DNA of 64,000 bases from Mobula hypostoma (Eukaryota). Below, piece by piece: positions 36,717 to 49,510 of this stretch. Each line of letters begins with the position of its first letter. The first letter of the stretch is position 1. The position numbers and the translations under genes are program-made. The notes under the pieces are model-generated. The model had not been told where the DNA came from and ran no database searches. It saw nothing but the letters and a program-made list of their open reading frames with translations. The DNA lies in contig NC_086108.1 of the NCBI RefSeq assembly GCF_963921235.1, positions 74,092,001 through 74,156,000 of the forward strand. Reading direction: 5' to 3'.

Positions 36717-36821
36717 TATATAAAAGGAGAGTTCTGTTTTATTTTCTTTTAAAATTCCACATTGTCCTAATGTAAAAGGCAACCATTAAAATAACATTTA
36801 ATCACCTGCAGACAAGAAAAG
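36717..36821 (+). promoter_or_regulatory. Candidate TATA promoter and short non-coding exon 1 for the riboflavin-binding-protein gene
   Basis: TATATAAAAG at 36717-36726 in non-repeat DNA; donor AAG|GTAACA at 36821/36822; the first coding exon begins with an acceptor, so an upstream exon is expected. Confidence 0.35.
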
Positions 36822-37159
36822 GTAACACATATCTTTGCTTACACATTTTTTCCTGCAATATTCTTCCATTGATTTTACTGTACACTGACAATTATCAAGG
36901 TACTATTGATTGTATTAGCTGACCTTGTTTTAGTTGGACCCTGATGGACCTTTTGGATAAGGGTTGCCTTTGTTTACCTACTCTGTTTGTCAGTGTTTCA
37001 CAATTGGATCCTTATCTACAATGAAGTTAATAAAGTATTTCTGAAACTACAATTTTCACTTATTTTATAAATTGCATCTGAAAGAATCTCATCAAAAACA
37101 AAGACTGTGGATACTCGAAATCTGAAATAAAAATGGAAAATTCTGGAACTTTTCAAAAT

Positions 37160-38680
37160 CTAAAGTAAATTTATTATCAAAGTATATTTGTGTAACCATA
37201 TACTGCCCCGAATTTCATTTCCTTGCAGGCATTCATAGTAGAATGGAGAAACACCATACAGTTAATGAAGATCTACACACAAAGTCTTACAAACAATCGA
37301 TGTGCAAAAGAAGATAAAGTGTGCAAATAAAAAAATGTAAGTAAATTAATGACACTAATAACATGAGTTGTCGAGTCTTGAAAGTGAGTCCATAGGTTGT
37401 GGAATCAGTTCATTGTTGAGGTGAGTGAAGTTATCCACTCTAGTTCAGGAGCCTGATGGTTGAGGGGTAATAACTGTTCCTGAACCTGGTGGTGTGGGAT
37501 CTGAGGCTCCTGTGCCTCCTTCTCAACGGCAGCAGTGAGAAGAGAGCATGGCCTGGATGGTGGGGTCCTTAACGAAGGATACTTTCTTGTGGCTTTTCTC
37601 TTTGTGGATGTGCTCAATAGAAGAGACGGCTTTGCTCGTGATGGACTGGGCTGTATCCACCACTTTTTGTAGGCTTTTCCATGTTTGGACATTCGTGTTT
37701 CAATACCAGGCAGAGAAACAGATACATGGAGGAACTCAGCAGGTCAGGCAGCATCTATGGAGATGAACAAAGAATCGGCGTTTCAGGCCAGGACCTTTCT
37801 TCAGGACTGGAAAGGAAGGGGGAAGGTGTAAGAATAAAAAGCTGAAGAGAGGGGAAGGAGGATAGCTAGAAGGTGATAGATGAAGCCAGGTAGATAGGAA
37901 AGATAAATAGCTGGAGAGGAAGGTATCTGATAGGAGAGGAGAGTGGAGGATACAACTGGTCAGGATACCCTCCAGTGTACACCTATATAAGTTTGATAAA
38001 GTTTTAGATCTCTAAGAAAGTAGAGCCTCTGCCGTGCCTTCTTTGTGATGGCATTTATGTGGTGGTCCCAGCACAGTTTCACTGATATGATAACACCAAG
38101 GAATTTAAAGTTATTAAAAACTTCTCCACCTTCATCCCCGAACAAGAACTGGCTCATGGACCTCCTGTTTCTTCCTCCTGTAGTCAATAATCATGTCTTT
38201 GATTTTGATGACATTGAGTGAAGGGCTGTTGTTGTGGCACCATTCAACTCGATTTTCAACCTCCCTCCTATATGCCAATTCCTCACCACCTTTGACACTG
38301 CCAACAACATGGCATTGGAGTGATACTTAGCCACACAATCATAACTATAAAATGAGTAGAGCAGGGGGCTAAGCACACAGCCCTGTGGTGCACTTGTGCT
38401 GAAGCTGATTGTAGAGAAGATGTTGTCGCAAATCTGTACTGACTGGGGTTTACAAATGAAGAAATTGAGGATCAACTTGCACAAGGAGATATCAAGGCAT
38501 CAGCCTTGGAACTTAGTGATTAGTTTTGAGGGGACAATAGTGTTGAGTGCTGAGCTGCGGTCAATAAAGAGTATCCTGATGCATACATCTTTATTGTCCA
38601 GATTTGCGAGAGCTGAGTGAAGAGCCAAGAAATGGCATTTGTTGTTGACCTGTTGAGATGGTAGGCACATATTCATCAGG
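37160..38680 (-). mobile_element. Rex1/Babar-type LINE interrupted by a Penelope-type terminal fragment (~37710-37955)
   Basis: [30 protein letters not shown]; insert contains the reverse complement of CCAGTCCTGAAGAAAGGTCCTGGCCTGAAAC. Confidence 0.75.
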
Positions 38681-39339
38681 TTCCAAGCAGGTCTGGAGTG
38701 CTACGTTTCTAGCTGATGATTTTTCATCAGAAGATATCAACTGGAACATGAGCAAGAGAAAGTCTGCCGATGCTGGAAATCCAAGCAACACTCACAAAAT
38801 GCTGGGGGAACTCAGCAGGCCAAGCAGCATCTATGGAAAAGAAGTACAGTCAATGTTTTGGGCCAAGACCCTTCTCTCTGCCTGAAGAGTCGACTGTACT
38901 CTTTTCCATAGATGCTGTCTGGCTTGCAGATTTCCTCCAGCATTTTGTGTGTGTCAGCTGGAACATGACTAGGTCCAGGAGCACAAGATATTTGAGACAG
39001 AATTAAGTAGCAACTGAAAATGCACATCAGGTGCTCAGAGTTTATAAGGCTCATTTTGTCAGAATTAGAGAACACAAAACAGGCCCTTTGGCCCACCAGG
39101 TTTATGCTGACCTACAGTTTTTATTAATCCTCCTGTAATACAATTTTGTTCTTCCCACATTCCCCTCAATGAACCCAGATTCAACCATTTGCATGCAGAA
39201 TGGAGGAAGTTTACGGTGGTTATTTAAATAAGCAATCCACAAGTTTTTGAGATGTTGTCAAGAAAGAGAGAACAAGGAGCCATGAGGCAGCAGGTTAGCC
39301 AGCTTCACAACTGTGCCACCTTCAAGTTTAAAATGGAAA

Positions 39340-40015
39340 ATCCAGTTCGACCATCCTTCATCCCACCATCCTTCATCCCACCATCCTGCCAAATGAAGCT
39401 GCCCAGGTAGATGAATCCACTGGTGCGGGGTAAGTCAATGCCATTTGTCTTGACGGGAGGAGGAGGCTTTACCTTGAGGGTCATGGTCTCAGTCTTTCTT
39501 TGTCTGATTCTGAGTCCAACCTGATCACCAAAAGTACACAGGCAATGAGTTTTCTCTTGCATGTGCAGGTATGTATGCGAGGTCATCCACAAAGTCAATG
39601 TCTTCTAAAGTAGAGAATAGAGTCCAACTCATGCCTCTCTGCTTATCTTTCATTGTTTGCCTCACAATCGAGTCAATCACCAGGTTAGATAATATCGCCA
39701 ACATCACACAGCCTTGCCTGACTCCAGTCTTGACTTCAAAGCTCAAATTGCAATCCCCAACTATGCAGGTGAAATTAGCATAGAAACCCTGGATAAGCTG
39801 GACAATTTTGGGAAGGATTCCATATGATATAAGAATTTGACAGAGGCTGTCCCTGTGAATGCTATCAAAGCCATTTCAAAGTCCATGAAGTTCTCTGCCA
39901 CTCTGTGCACTGGTCTATGATATTATTCAGCGTGATGATCTGGACAAACACAGCCTCTGATTCTGCTGAAATCAGCTTGCTCCTTCCTGCAGCACACGTC
40001 AACAGCATCTGTGCT
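39340..40015 (-). mobile_element. RTE-clade LINE RT remnant
   Basis: FEVKTGVRQGCVM, WTLFSTLEDIDFVDDLA, FIYLGS. Confidence 0.7.
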
Positions 40016-40579
40016 GTACTCTTTGTGCTTAACACAATCCTTAAAATACATGTTTGAAGATACTGCTGGTTAACAAAATATTTGGTTCAAATACATTAAA
40101 AACTTGCATACTGTTACTAGAGTATCACATGATAACTTGGTGTAATAAGTGAACACCTTTTTAAACATTATCTCTTAAAAGAATTTTAAAGATTAGCCTA
40201 AAATTTGCAGAAATTTATTTTGTGACAATGCAAACCAACAATGTTTCTAAGTGTTATTCAAGAGGTAGTGTTGGTGAACATTTCAGTATTGCCTGCAAAG
40301 GCAATATCTTAAGATCTGGTTCTGACAACTGAATACCAAATTTGTGATTCTATACATCTGATGATTGATAATGAGTGTCTTGTTGCCCATCCTCTCACAT
40401 TTATGGGAATGCAAAAATTGATGTTGTTGGTCTTTGGGGAGTTCACAGATAAAGTACATTTTCTCCACACAACTTAACTGTGTACACTAGGAGGTACACT
40501 GGAGTAGTTGTGAGTAACATTTCTAACTGAGTTTTCTCTTCCTAATGCATGCTAAGTGAATCCTGCTAATACACCTCTG

Positions 40580-42154
40580 AGCAGAGACCACCTGAGATAA
40601 TCTGTTTTAAGGAATCTATTCTTATGTTTGAGAGCTGAATGCAAGAAATACTTTATACTGTTTTGCTTTGCCGTGGATGATACTGTAGATCACTATAATA
40701 GGCTAATTCAGCATTATTTTGAAGCAAATTAAATAGCCAATGAGAAACGAGTTCCAATTTTGCTGAGTCATTGGGTTTAATGGCTTACAGTTTGCTTCAA
40801 AATTTGACTGCTCCAACCAAACCAGCAGAACAAGGTTTGAGCCTTGCTGATATTGTCAAAGTAATGCAGAAACATTTAGAACAGAAGCCATTGTTGATTG
40901 CAGAATGCTTTAGGTTTCATAAGTGGAATCAGAAGGAAGGGGTGACCGTTTCAGTGTAGGTGGCTAAATTGAAGAAGTTGTCTGGGCATTGTCAGTTTGA
41001 CAATGGTCTTAATGATACAATGAGAAATTGTTTAGTCTGTGGAATCTTACAAGAAAATATTCAAAAACAATTCCTAACTGAGGCACAACTTACATTCAAA
41101 TGAGCAGTTGAAATTGCTGTTTCAATGGAAAGTGCAGACAGAGTTGCAATTGTGTTGCAGTCAGGAATGAAAGAGAGCATGAAAAAATTGCAATATCTGA
41201 ACTGAAAGCAGCCTGGCTGAACAAATTGTTACCGTTGGGGCAGGGACTCACATTCACCAAACAAATGCATGCTAAAACGTGAAAGTTGCAGAAAATGCAA
41301 TGGAACAGGACACAGACAAAGAGAATTTTGGGCAGACAAAAATAAATGGACTACTCAAAGATGAGAAAAAGCTAAAAATTCAAGTTGCAGTTCAAAAAGA
41401 GCACTAATCTGTACACTGTTGATGAAAAAACTGATCATGATAAAAATGACAGAGGACTGCATATCCTTGAGATTTACAGTGTGAAAATTAATAAGACAAA
41501 CAATATGGCTTACACCAGAAGTGAACAGCAAATTAATTGAAATGGAATTGGACATCGGTTCAGCTGTTTCAGTCATTCCAGAAAATGAGTTTGAACAGTA
41601 TTTCAAAAATACTAAACTGAAGCCTGAAGATATCCAACTAAAATCTTAGACTGGAGAACAGATAACTCCCGTGAGAATGATATCCCAAAAGTGTAAGAAA
41701 GCCTACATAGTGATTAAATCTTTAGACCTGAATGGGAAAATTTAAAGTGTACTATGCTGTGATGTTTGTGTATAGTAATTGTATTATGTAGTATACTGTG
41801 AGATGCAGTCTCTCTTGAGTTGGAGTTTAAAGCTAAGCAGGGAGGAGTTATGTATTTAGTACTTCAGTAGTATTTCGGGAATCTTGTATATATGTATATA
41901 TTGTTTGATAAAGCTAAGCAGGGAGGAGTTATGTATTTAGTACTTCAGTAGTATTTCGGGAATCTTGTATATATGTATATATTGTTTGATAAAGCATACT
42001 TGTTTGTTTAAATAATTTATTATAATCTACATGTAAAAACATGTGAATTGCATATATCATCATGCTACCACGTGATACATGCATGTCTCGCTTGAAGTAA
42101 ACACAATGTTAGACTCCTATATCTTCCTTTCAATTGAAGTTACAAAACTTAACA
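40580..42154 (+). mobile_element. Decayed K02A2.6-like Gypsy remnant: gag-protease followed closely by PPT and 3' LTR
   Basis: AYSLLQNLTAPTKP, PLLIAECFRFHKWNQ, MELDIGSAVSVI; PPT agcagggaggag; probable LTR end ttaaca at 42154. Confidence 0.7.
41828..41995. repeat. Exact 81-bp tandem duplication spanning the PPT/LTR start
   Basis: 41828-41908 = 41909-41989, bounded by taaagc microhomology. Confidence 0.9.
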
Positions 42155-44620
42155 GAGAATATGCTTAAATGTTGGTAAATTTTTCATCAAGGTCCTTTGC
42201 ATGAGTAGTTCTCTCCTCACTCCTGAGGAACCAAAATGAAGTAGTGGCTTTAGTCCATCAACTTCTGAATGATAGTGAAAATGTTACCATTAAGCCACTT
42301 TTCATATCAACTAGAAAAATGGAACAATGCCTTGCATTTATATAGGGCTTTTGGCAAGCAAAATGATCTGTATGCATAAAATAATTTTTGAAGTGTGGAA
42401 ACTTCTCTATGATTAGAAGAGCAGAAGTCAATTTACATTCAACCACTTTCCACAAACATCAATATAATAATGGCCACATAAACAGTTTATTATTGGTGTT
42501 GATTAAAAGGTTAATGTTTACCCAGTACTGCTGTTAACTCCTCTTCAGTGACCCAAATGGTACTTTCTATTAGCAGGGCAGTTGCTATATAAATCATCTG
42601 AAATATGGCACTCCTGATAGCACATTTTCTCTAACCTGTACTAAACTGTCTGTTTGATCTTTGTACTTAAGCTCCTGAAAAAGGAATTGGGCCCAGAATT
42701 GTCTGTGTCACATGCTAGAATTCACCAAACATGTCTCAGATAATATCTGATTACCTAACTGTGCATTTAAATTTGGAAGGGAGGAGACGTGTTGCAAAAT
42801 AACTCAGATTGCTGAACTCTGATCGACTAAAAATCTTATATGAATGTTTGACAGATCAAAAGGGTTGAAAGTCAATTTGAACATGGCTTTAAGACATTGC
42901 AGTATATTTTATGACATGGAATTGAGTTTCTCATCAAACATTGAGAAAATTTCTCATACATTTGAATTAAGCAAGAGACAAACTGTTTATCTACTTCAAA
43001 TAAAGTGGTGAACTATTTATCCCCAACTCTTACTCAATACTTGTAATGATGACATTAGCATTTCAGATTATCCAAAGTCCAGAAGGTACATTTATGGTCA
43101 ATGGCAACCACTTCAGCAAATCATCCAATGAGAGAGCGAACAAATTATACAACTCATCCATTATAAAAGTGACTGACACATGACAAAGAGGAGTTTCCAA
43201 TTCTTTCGTCACACCAACAGGTAATAGATTGGCGATGGTAACAATCATTTGTAGTTTGTTATAGTTGCATTATATTTATTCAGAGTAGACTGAATAATAT
43301 ACGATTGTATATTGACAGAGGATAGAAGCCTTCTGAACAGTTACTGTCTGAACTTAAAAATGATATGAGAAACAAGGAAAAAATAAAAAGGGGAAAAGAC
43401 TTTCAAAATTTAGATTATTAATACTTGAAAATGAGATTTAATTTATGAAGGTTTAATCATTTGGTTTTTAAATAGTCAGATTGTCTCTTTTTCCTCATTT
43501 TGGCATGGTTCTCTGTAAGTAAGTAATTTATATTTCTTGCCTGCTGTTTACTCTGTGTGCTATTTTGTTTCATGTTTGCAATCACTCTTTCTTTGTTCAG
43601 CCCCTCTGTATTTACTCTAATCCGTTTGTTTCTCTGTGACATTATTTCTTCTGCAAATATTGCATTTTTTCCTGAATGCTGGAAATATATAGATCCTTGT
43701 GTGAAAAAAAATTAGCCATGTGAATTTTTGTACTGTTTCTCATTTTACTAATACCTACTCTCCAATGCAAACATTTGTTAATGGCTATTTTCTCTCAGCC
43801 AACCACATCGGAAAAGGGATCTTTTATTTCTCAAACTGTACATCTGGAATTTTTTTAAAAAGTCAAATAATTTTGTTCAATTTCCTTTCAATTCATAAAA
43901 TACCAGACTTATTTTTTATTGACACACTAGAGGAACTGCGGAAGCTGGAAATCTTCAGCAATACGGACAAAATGCTGATAAAGGGTCTTGGCCTGAAACA
44001 TTGGTTGTTCATTTCCCGCCAGAGATGCTGCCTGACTTGCTGAGTTCCTCCGGCATTTTGTGTGTGTTGTTTTTGATTGTCACTGCATTATTCCTTGTTA
44101 AGTGTTGGTGTCCTCTACTGAGATAACACCAGGATACAAGTGTTTAGAACCCTTTTCTTAACTGGAGACTGTGTCGTTCAGATTTAATGATCCTATTTAC
44201 AAGTGATCCAATTTGAAGCCACCATTCCCTTCAATGCCATCACATCAAAGATGCAGTGCATTCAAGCTACAAAATGTATTGTAGACTCCAATGAAAAGTC
44301 ATAGCTGAAAAATTATCTTGTCTCTACAGATGGTGCCTGACTGGTTGAGTACTTACAACATTTTCTGTTTTTATTTTTAAATTTGAACAGGGAAGATTAT
44401 GTGAAATGAATCCAGTATCTGAGTTTGTAGTCATCAATTTTTGTTCATTGGTGTAAACTAAGCGTGGAAACAGGATACTCTTAAGTGATTAAGAAATTAA
44501 AATTCATTGCAAAATGAATCTACTGTGTGAAGTCACTTTGAACAAACAATAAATAAACAAAATAACTAATAATAATACAGGTCGATGTCTATTCTGCTAT
44601 CTTTTGCAGGTTTGAAGCCA

Positions 44621-44771
44621 ATGATCAGAATGATAACTTTGCTGGGTATCTGTATTGCAATATTGTCACTGTCAAATAGTTGCAATGGAGGAAATTGTCT
44701 GAAAGGAAGATATCACAAGTCAACATCTGCTCCTGAGCCAGGAATGAGGGAGTGCAGACGTTTCTCTCAGT
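44621..44771 (+). CDS. RBP: Riboflavin-binding protein (folate-receptor family), first coding exon with signal peptide
   Basis: Acceptor cttttgcag|44610; ATG 44621; MIRMITLLGICIAILSLSNSCNGGNCLKGRYHKSTSAPEPGMRECRRFSQ resembles avian RBP CLEGDTHKANPSPEPNMHEC; donor t|gtaagt, phase 1. Confidence 0.85.
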
Positions 44772-45018
44772 GTAAGTTGGTGTGCAAGTAATAGATAAAA
44801 TGTTGTAAAGTCATGTCATTAATCACAAAAAAGGGGAAACCAGGTCAAAATTCATATTACAAGTTATGTATTGAAGAAAACTACCCATAAATCCTACACA
44901 TCTACCATGTCCAATCTAGTTCCTATACATCTGTTTTCATGCCTCCCCTCCTGGTAAGAAAAAGGATCTTCATCTTTAATCCCACCAGCTTTTGCAAGCA
45001 ACAAATTACCCTTCTGGC

Positions 45019-46015
45019 TGTCATAACGGGGGCACTGGGAGTGGACCCAAATGCAAGACACAGACACTGAAGTACAAGGAACAGGACTTGACTAGAGAGC
45101 TGGAATAAGAACACAGACTTGGGCTAAGACATTGGCTAGGCAAGCAGGACCAGGACAAGGAACTGGGAACTAGGAGCCTGGGCTTAGACTCCGAACCAGA
45201 GACTGGACAAAGATCCAGAACCTGGGTCTTGACTCGGGCTTGGACTCCAGAACTAGGCAAAGACATGACGTGGTCTTGGGAGACAGGACTAGGCGAGAAT
45301 ACAGGACAGAACACGAGACTCCTGGGCAGAACGCAGGACCAGAACTGATGAGGACACGAAACTCAGTCTTGGTCTTGGCAGAACAGGAACACAGGGACTT
45401 GGTCTTGGGAGAACTGGAACATAGAACACAGAGTCAGGACCCCTCCTAGGCAGCAGGACGTAGGGCCGGGACTCATGCACAGAACCCCAAGAGACAGATC
45501 TCCACTCAAGGTAGCAGCAAACAGCCAGACCTACCTAGCGAAGGTGTGGACACAGAGACAGTTCCCAATTCAAGGTAGCAGCAAACGGCTGGACCTTCTT
45601 AGCAAAGGCGTGGCCACAGAGACAGTTCCCAACTCAAGGTAGTGGCAAATGGCCGGACCTACCTAGCAAAGGCGAGGACGCAAAGAGACAGTTTCAAACA
45701 ACAAAAGACTGTTCCTTATCTAGACACAGCAAGGCTCTGGTCTTGCTCCGGTGGTAGAGCTTGACAGCGATACAGGCGAGGACACAGGGGAGGTTGCAGG
45801 CAAGGCTTCAGGGGGAAGGGGAAGGGGAAGGGGAAGGGAACAGTCCAGCAAATGAAGTTGAACCCAGGAGCTATTTATGTAGCCAGACCAAAATGAGTAT
45901 CAGGTGTCTCAATTAGAGCACCCAACAGAACAAGGGAAAACCGTAAAACCTGGAATAAGGAACCATAGACCAGACCATGAACTGGAATGTGCACTTCATG
46001 AACCAGACCATGACA
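45019..46015 (-). mobile_element. Solo LTR (~1 kb) in the RBP intron
   Basis: TGTCAT...ATGACA termini; 5-bp TSD ctggc (45014-18, 46016-20); internal ~63-bp tandem repeats at ~45500-45690; TATA-like TACATAAATAG on minus. Confidence 0.85.
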
Positions 46016-46634
46016 CTGGCATGTTCAATGAGATTGCACTATCAAATATCTTCTGCTCCCTTCTCCTTTCAACATCTCAAATGGACCATTTCCTTCACAG
46101 CTCTCTGGTTCACTTTTATATTTCTATCAACAGCTCTCCTCTCTTGGCACTTCGCCAGATAACTGAAGAAAATGGCAACACCTAATCTTTTCCCACCATC
46201 CATTCACCCAAACTGTTCTTGCGGAAGAAGCTGCAATTCACTTGCATTTCTTCTGATAAAGTGTATTACATTAGGAGCTCATGATTGAAGAAACCAAAAC
46301 ACAGAGTTGCATTACCACATTTCAAAGCACTTGTGTACAGACTGCAACAGCAACCCTGAGCTTCATATTGCCCATCTCTTCAATTCTCTCATCCATTCCC
46401 ACAATGACCCATCTATTTGTGGCATCCTCCAATGAGGCGCAATATAAGCTTGAGGAAGAGAACCTCAACTTCTGGACATGTTGCAGCATGCCAGACTCGA
46501 TACCAAATTTAAAATTTATTGGTAACTTAGTTTTTCTGGCCAATACGGCTGTAAGATCATACATCTGTATTATAAAACTCAGTTTTCTCTCTTCAGAGAT
46601 AGCACATAATCTACTGGACATTTCCAAAATTCTA

Positions 46635-47730
46635 AGTTCAAAGTAAGTTTAAAGTTCGAAGCACATATGTGTCACTGTATACAACCCTGAGATTTATTTT
46701 CTTGTGGGCGTACTCAATAGAATCAATGAAAGACTGCCAAACTTGGGTATTCAACCAGACAGCAGAAGACAACAAACTGTGCAAATACAAAAAGAAAGAA
46801 AGAATTAATTAATTAATTAATTAATTAATTGATAGATAGATAGATAGATAAATAAATAAATAAATAGGCAAGCAAGCAAGCAGTAAGTATCAAGAATATG
46901 AGATGAAGAGTCCTTAAAGGTGAGTCCATAGGTTGTGGAAACATTTCAATGATGGGGCATTTGAAGTTGAATGAAGTCATTCTCTTTCATTCAAGAGCCT
47001 GATGGCTGAGGGGTAATAACTGTCCCTGAACCTGTTAGTGAGAGTCCTGAGGCTCCTGTACCTTCTTCCTGATGGCAGCAGTGAGAAGAGAGCATGGCTT
47101 GGGTGGCAGGGGTCCCTGATGATTAATGCTGCTTTCCTGCGACAATGCTGCGTGTAAATGTACTCAGTAATGGGGAGGGCTTTACTCGTGATGGACTGCG
47201 CTATATCCACTACTCTTTGTAGAATTTTCCGTTCAAGGATATTGGTGTTTCCATTCCAGGCTGTTATGCATCCAGTTAATATACTCTCCACTGTTAAAGT
47301 CTTAGATGTCATACCGAATCTTTGTAAACTCCTAAGGAAGTAGAGGCACTTCCATGCTTTCTTCATAATTGCACATATATGCTGGGCCCAGGACAGGTCA
47401 TCTGAAGTGATAACAGCGAGGAATTTAAAGTTGCTGACCCTCTCCACTTCTGATCCTCCAATGAAAACTGGTTCATGGGCTCTGGTTTCCTTCTCCTAAA
47501 ATCAACAATCAGCTCCTTAGTCCTGCTGACATTGAGTAAGAGGTTGTTGTTGTGGCACCAATCAGCCACATCTTCAATATCCCTCCTGTATGCTGAATCA
47601 TCACCACCTTTGAGTTGGGCAATGACAGTGGTGTCGTCGGCAAACTTGAATATGGCATTGGAGCTGCACTTAACCACACAGTCAGAAGTGTAAAACTAGT
47701 AGAGCAGGAGGATAAGCACCCAGTCTTGAG
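46635..47730 (-). mobile_element. Rex1/Babar-type LINE 3' part with a compound tetranucleotide microsatellite (AATT/AGAT/AAAT/GCAA, ~46800-46882)
   Basis: IFKFADDTTV, FKFLAVITSDDLSW, LLPSGRRYRSL. Confidence 0.85.
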
Positions 47731-47904
47731 GTGCTCCTTCTGGCTTCAGGTTTCTGCAAAGCTCCTATCTACATTTCTCAACTGTAACTTGTCAATTTGT
47801 TTTTCTCTTTCACTTTATGTCGCTTTAATAATCTGTTGGCCTGTTAGCACTTCAAGCAGCAGGATCTCAGCAATTCTGGAATATCATCCCTTCAGGGGTA
47901 TTTC

Positions 47905-48780
47905 ATAGAACCAGAAAGGTTTATAGCTCAGGTAACAGGCTTTTTCTTGACCCAACAAGTCCAGACTGAACATGGTGCTCAATCATCTCGTATCAATTTC
48001 CTTCATCTGAGCCTTCCCCTTTGTCTACCTGTCCAATGATATTATTATACCGGCCTCCACCACTTCCTCTGGCAGCTCATTCCATATACTTACCACCACC
48101 TGAATGAAAACATTACCACTCAGGACCCTTTTAAATATTTACCCCCTCATCCTAAGTCTATGTCCCCTAGTTTCTCTACCATGGGGAAAAGATTGTCACC
48201 ATCTGGCTTCTCTCATAATTACTCATTCCAAGAAGCAACCTTCTGCCACCATCCCCTTTTGCCTACCTGTGAGCTAATTTTGAACCCACCTAACCATCTC
48301 TCCCTGGATTCCATGGGATCTAACCATCCATACCAGCCTGCCATGCAAGACCTTGCTAAATTCCAAACAGACATCCTCCACTGCTTTACCCTCTTCTACC
48401 TTGAGGTTAAAATAAAACTCTAAAAGGCTCATCAAGTGTGACTTCATATGGATAAAGACATGCCGACTTCTCTTAAGCAGACTGCCTATCTGAATGCTGA
48501 TAGATCGTGTCTCTCAGAATTCCCTTGGTAGCCTCCTCACTCCTGCTATCAGGCTGACAAGGTTGTAGTTCCCTGGCTTGACCTTATTACCCATTTTAAA
48601 CAGTGGAACAACATTTGGGGACTTCACCCCAGTGGCTAACTTTGAAGGAAGCATCTCCACAAGGGGTTCTGCAATTTCCTCTCTAACCTGCCACAAATTC
48701 CGAGGATGTACCTGGTCAGGCACTGGGATTTACCCTTTTTAATGTGCTGTAAGGCTGTAACTACCTTCTCCTTGATGATA
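47905..48780 (-). mobile_element. Decayed CR1 LINE fragments
   Basis: PDQVHPRNLWQVREEIAEPL...NVVPLFKMGNKVKPGNY. Confidence 0.7.
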
Positions 48781-49410
48781 TCTAATTTCCTTTAACATCC
48801 ATCTCTCCTCCCAACCTTTCTGGAATTGAGCTTGCTTGCTCATTTCTCTTTCCACGAAAGGGTCAAGAACCCAAAAATATTAACCATTTTTCTCTCCACT
48901 GCCTGACTTGCTGGAGTTTCTAGCATTTTCTGGTTTTACAAAAGTCCAACCTCTTGAATCGCTTTCCAATTCTCCTTTAAACACAGTGCCTTTCTGTGCA
49001 AAACTTTCCATATATTTCTCAAACTTTGTATAAATTGAATATAAAATATAAAATTAACTTTGACTTTTCTTTCATCAACTTATTTCTTTGTTTCCTGGCT
49101 ATAATTTGCAGAATCTTCTTCGTTGTGCTAAGGTGCCTGAACCCCATTCTACTTCAACTCATGGTGACTGATATTGAGAAGTCATTAGAATACCAGATCT
49201 ATACTCCATTGCTCTCTGTTGTAATATTCTGTCCTTTTTAAAAATATGTTGTTTTGATACAGATGTTCATGAGAGTTTTATAACATGTAGACTTTACAGA
49301 TTAAGTAATCTCAGAAATATTTCCGTGTTGTTGGTATTTCTTTTATATAAGGTTTGGAGAAGGCTAGCCAGTGGACAACCTTACTGAGGTTAATTTCCTT
49401 CTTTCAACAG

Positions 49411-49510
49411 CTGCATGCTGCTTCTCCAATTATACTGAACTGCTTGCTGTAAGCCCAGTGACTAACGTAGGTGATACATATTGGGACCGTTGTGGACAAC
49501 TTAGTCCAAG
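49411..49510 (+). CDS. RBP: Riboflavin-binding protein, second coding exon
   Basis: ctttcaacag|...|gtaaac; (S)ACCFSNYTELLAVSPVTNVGDTYWDRCGQLSP(R) resembles RBP SSCCYANFTEQLAHSP..SYWNRCGQLSK; phases 1/2 fit the neighbouring exons. Confidence 0.9.

Noticed and set aside
46050..46530. Possible Penelope GIY-YIG remnant (similarly an RT-like remnant at ~50700-51140)
   Set aside because: Too degraded to give a supportable translation or boundaries by eye
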